Shown one piece after another: positions 58,521-64,000 of a DNA stretch of 64,000 bases. The notes below the pieces were generated by a model. It had not been told where the DNA came from, searched no databases, and saw nothing but the letters and a program-made list of their open reading frames with translations. Positions within the stretch are counted from its first letter, which is position 1, and every line of letters starts with the position of its first letter. The stretch is from NCBI RefSeq assembly GCF_009914755.1, contig NC_060936.1; one strand, written 5' to 3'. The DNA comes from the human T2T-CHM13v2.0 reference genome, Homo sapiens. Made by a program: the position numbers and the translations under genes.

Positions 58521-61500
58521 CTAAAAGATAAAAGTTAATGAGCTAATAAACAGACCAATAAACCAGAAACATTAATCAATTTTGAAGAGGTAAATCATAA
58601 ACATACTATAATCAGAGAAACAGACCCTACCCATGTAGAAGAATCAAAAAACATTTACAGAGCAAATGCCTGTTAATATCATCCAAACTATGTAAGTGCT
58701 GAAAGGAGATGCTGAATGGAGAGAAATTAGCAGTTAAGTGAGTAGCCAGATTTTGAAGGAGAGAAAGCTACAGGCATTTCAGGCAGAGGACATAACATAA
58801 ACCTAAGTGAAAACACATAGCAGCTCTATGACAGAGAGTCCTTGGAAGACAGTAAGGAAGAAATGGGTTAAAAAATTGTAGGTGATCCTGAATATTAGGC
58901 AAAAATATTTGCTATGGCAAGAGACCTAATGACGATGACCTTGGAAAAGTAGGACAGTATAGAATGATGGAGAAATCAGAGAAGAGGCTTTAAGAATAAT
59001 GCAGGCCCAAGATAAAAGGGTGGGAGTGACGTGCACAGACAAAACAGTGGGTACATTAAAAACTAAATGTTGTCAGCCTGTGGATCCAGGAATATGATGG
59101 CTCTATTAACATTAAAAGGGTAATTTGTTATGTTACTAACATGTAAAATGTTAGTGTTGACATTTTACATTAAAGAGATATTTCTGGGTACCTAAATAAA
59201 CATGACCTGCAGAGGACATAAGATATACAGGGACCAAAGTTTGCGAGGGCAGGTATTTCAGTGAGGTCCACCCACAGAGGCTCTCCCATGGACTATGGTT
59301 TTCACAGAGTTTATTTAAGTAGTGTATCTACCATAGTCTCTGAAACCTCTGCAAGGGAAGTTGAAGAATCTAGTCATTAGAGGATTTCTTCAGGAAAAGA
59401 GATAGAAGAGTAGAAGAGATATATTGGTAGTTTACTACTCACTCTGGATAGTTAATTGGTTAAATAACTAGGAAGGTAGCAGAATCAAAGGTTTATTTAG
59501 TCCATCAGTAAGTTAATCTAGATTTCAGATTTATCTTAAAATTAGAGTAAATTAAACTATTCCTACATGTCCATGACATTAAAATGTCCAAAGCTACTTA
59601 TCTTGTTCTAGTTTTAATCTGGTATTTTTCCAGATGTTTTCAGTATGATAGAATGTATAGAACATGATTACACAGTCATTCAATTTGACATACTCAGTTG
59701 GAGGAGGAGCGAATAATAAACCTTGGTAACAGCCCTTCATTCATACTCCTCTTTTTGTCTTGCATTTCTGTTAAACACACACACATACTTAGGACTCATT
59801 CAGATTTTTAACCACCATATCACAACGCTAATTACGGTCTCTTATTTACTAGCAATAGAAGTCTAATGTTGTGGCGTTCTCAAGGATTCAGGAATGTTAT
59901 TCAAAAGCATTTTGAGCTCCATTTGCCTTTGATGTTTGCCTCCAGTTTCTGAAATTTGCCCAGATGGGGGAAGGGGATAGAGGGGGTGGTCTTACTATTT
60001 CCTGAAGCACAAATGCCGCAGCAGAGCCCTTTTAGGGACATCTTGATTCTATTAGAATTTGCAGGTCAAAGGGCAGGTTCAACTGGCCTGGTAGTTTAAA
60101 GCACCAGGGATAGAGTGAATAGACTACTGTAATGACTTAAAGTTGGATTTCTGCTGCTACCTACTCATTATGCTAATAATGTGCATGTTGGTCATGTGGG
60201 CGGGGGGATTACTAATACTTTGAAAGGTTTCGTGTCCACATTTTCCTTTTTTTTTTTTTTTTTTTTTTAACTCTGGAAAAGAAGGGAACAGAACAAGGAG
60301 AGTAATTTGACAGGAAAAGCATTGCAGTTCTTATTTTGCCCTGGGCTTGTGGCATACATATATTACCGTTCACATTTTATGTGCTTGTATTACTCCCTAG
60401 GGACTCATGGGAATGAAGTCAGAATGTGCTACACTAGCAAGCCTCCCCTTTCTGTGGATAGTCTTTAGTTCGTAAAGCTCTTAAAGTCGATGATTAATTC
60501 CTTTGAGGTTCAATTTCTTTAAAATATTTATATCAGTATTAGAATAGGTGATCTCAAACCATTGACTCAGATTAAAAGAAGTTATAAAAAAGAATTACTT
60601 CTGGTAATTTTTATTTTCTTTATACTTTTCTGTATCTTTCAGTTTTTCTTCAATGACTGTGTACTACTTTTATCAGAAAATACTTTTTTTCAAAGAAGCA
60701 ATTATATTGAGTAGACAGCTATTAAAATAAAATTTTTTCAATTTGCTTTTTTTTCCACTGTGAATTCCATTCCCTCTGAAAAGCTGAGTGTTTTTAACAA
60801 CATTTCTGAGTTTAGACACTCTCAAGTGTGCCATGTAAAACTTAATCAGGTAAGTCCGACTATACCATATGGTCCTTTCTAAGAGATGGATTAGAGGAAC
60901 AGCAATTTTCGTATTCCCTAAAAGTCTTTGCTGTTACTGTCTACTAGCTTTCACATTCTTCCCTATCCTCCAAATTTTTTTCAAGAGGTTGTTCTCCCTC
61001 ATACTATCCACTTCAAATTTACCAGAATTGTAACCAAGAGAACAATACTGTCTTTGTCCCTTTTGGAAAATAAAAGAAAAACCTAAAAGCTAGTATACCT
61101 ATCAAAGATAGACATTACTCAGAATTCATATGATTATATGTGCAATATATAATCAAAACATTTTATTCTCTTGACTATGAATTGCCCTTCTTAGGCACCT
61201 ATACATGTAGAAATCAGTGTCAGGAGTATACGTTGTAAATGGAAAGCAGAAAGACATGATGATCTGTTAGGGGATTTTTAGAGGATGAGAGCCATGGTCA
61301 TAGGAGAGAAAGTTTGATTCTGTATAGTCCATAGCATATTATCATTGCTTAGTAAAAAAAATAGCATCAATGAAATAAAATCTCTATTTGAATTGCATAA
61401 AAAATACTTCAAATTATATATCTTGTTAAAAAGACACTATTCCAATGGCTCAGACTCCAATGCCACATTCCTCAAAACTTTGAAATTAGAAATCTAAGTT

Positions 61501-63016
61501 GTCATCTGTTATTTCATATTGTGATTTGCAAAGTTGACATTTTACCCCAGAGGTGAACTGTACCACACTAGCTGTCCAAGCATACCATTTATGAAAGAGT
61601 TTGGAATTCAGTCAAGAAGCTTCAACAATATGGAATTATTTTTACTATGTCATATTACAATATTTTCCTTAAGCACAAAATAGGCCTCAAGTCTGATCGC
61701 CTTTGTATTTTGCATTCAGCAAAGGTGCTGGTATTTCAATCTAATTAGGTAGAGTAACTTATCTGTCATTCACCTGCTGCTGCTTGCCTGCTACTAAATA
61801 TGTGATTCTGACTATTGGTGCACAGAAATGTAGCACCCTTATTGGGAAAGCATGCTGCCTCTTCCAGCTTGGTCAGTCTTTGAGCTTCCCGAAAGGGAAC
61901 AGATGACCGCAGTCAACAGGAAACTGCATAGTTAGACCTTCTTGAACTCTTTCACCTTTAAGCTCATTTCACCACTTAACATATTTTTTTCAAGTGGTCA
62001 GTGGATATATTTAGACTGTCATTATCCCTTTAGTGTTGACTGGATCCTCGTGGTATAAGTTGCCTGCCATTTCTTAGAATTACGTAGTGTGGGGACAGTG
62101 CGATGAGAATCTTCTCTCCTCTTCCAGCAGCAAAACTAGTGAAACAAATCTTTATTTCCATGATGTAAACCGAGTACACATCTTCTATTTGTTAGTATTG
62201 CTTTCAGAGTTGAGTAGACCTACACATCCAGAATAAAAAATATCCATTAGAATATTCAGTAGACAGATAGTCTTCCAGTCTGTGGCTAAACTAAAACTCT
62301 TCCATATGACTGCTGTTGAAGCTCAATTATCTTAACAAAAGACAGAAGCAAGGTTAAACTTGGGCAATGCATTCTCAGATTCAGCATTTCCTCAGGTCAA
62401 AAGCTCAGGCCACTTATATAGTTCCTATAAATCAAATATGTCTTCTTTCATAAAAGATGAGCTACTGAGAAATGCATTTTGGATTATGAAACTAATTGTT
62501 CACCAACTCCATTGTGATTATTTTGTAAATTTCTTACATCAGCTTCCCCACTAAATCCACCTTTTTTTCCTTTGGACACAAACCATAAAGTAATTATTAG
62601 CTAAACCACAAGGAATCTGTAAAGTTTAAATTACTGTTTCAAAGTGTGCAGATCATTGCCAGTAAAGCCACAACTGCAAACTTATTTGCATTCATGAGAT
62701 GAAAAGAATGATTGATGTTCATAATGCACCAGGAATAGATGGCTGTGTTTCTATATCCACGTTATTAAAGTCTGCAGTTTGTTGTACACTGTATGCATGA
62801 AAATGTCTTCAGTGTCAGTAATGCCTCAGATCATCTGGAAGCTACAGAATAATTATCAAAGGAATAAATTAAATGGATAAAGTATGTAAGTTACAGGATT
62901 ATTCTTAAAGTAACTGTTTACTTTTCAAATTCAACTACAACTATAGGAACTCTTTTTAAAATATAAAATGAAATACTAAGTTCTTACTAATATAGTTTTT
63001 TTTAAAAGGTTAACAA

Positions 63017-63623
<607 letters not shown>

Positions 63624-63659
63624 ATAGGGGAACTTATTAAGATAACAACATGATAAAGA

Positions 63660-63830
63660 CAATTTAGAGTCACATTCGCCTGAATGGGATTCCTGGCTGT
63701 ACCATTTACTCCAGGTGTGAACTTGGGCAAGCTGTGTAAACTCTGAAAGTCTTGGTTTTATTACCCTCAAAATGGGGGTACTGATAATAGTAACTTCAAA
63801 GAATTGTTGGAAGGGGTGAATGATGCTGTT
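63660..63830 (+). mobile_element. MIR whose 3' half seeds a tandem array
   Basis: attcctggctgtaccatttact..tgtgaacttgggcaag..aaaatggggg..ataatagta. Confidence 0.7.
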
Positions 63831-64000
63831 GGCGTTTGCTTTCTTGGTTTTATTACCCTCAAAATGGCGGTACTGATAATAGTAACTTCAAAGAATTGTT
63901 GGAAGGGGTGAATGATGCTGTTGGCGTTTGCTTTCTTGGTTTTATTACCCTCAAAATGGGGGTACTGATAATAGTAACTTCAAAGAATTGTTGGAAGGGG
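63750..64000. repeat. 92-bp minisatellite, at least 2.7 copies, runs off the window
   Basis: cttggttttattaccctc recurs at 63751, 63843 and 63935; one substitution in copy 2. Confidence 0.96.

Overview
This is human non-coding genomic DNA: it carries a near-consensus AluYb9, a human-specific subfamily. It is AT-rich with no CpG island, and I cannot support any host-gene coding exon. It is most likely the interior of a long intron; I cannot name the gene. The window is dominated by retroelements: about 30 Alu/FLAM/FRAM copies, one decayed near-full-length L1PA13-15-like LINE-1 (25.2-33.1 kb, minus strand), several L1 3' fragments, MaLR solo LTRs, hAT/Charlie DNA transposon fossils, MIR and L2. 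The recognisable ORFs in the track are L1 ORF2 remnants or Alu read-through; the rest look like chance. I do not see a new multi-gene system. The best observations are small in scale: two independent tailless U2 snRNA retrocopies with target-site duplications (TSDs); three young tandem arrays born inside old transposons (12, 84 and 92 bp units); an Alu with an inverted 5' end; an Alu/L1 head-to-head fusion; a local run of AT-to-GC substitutions; several near-perfect 30-bp hairpins; and a few enhancer-like or cryptic-exon candidates. Subfamily names come from recalled consensus sequences and need RepeatMasker/Dfam confirmation. Boundaries of old repeats are approximate.
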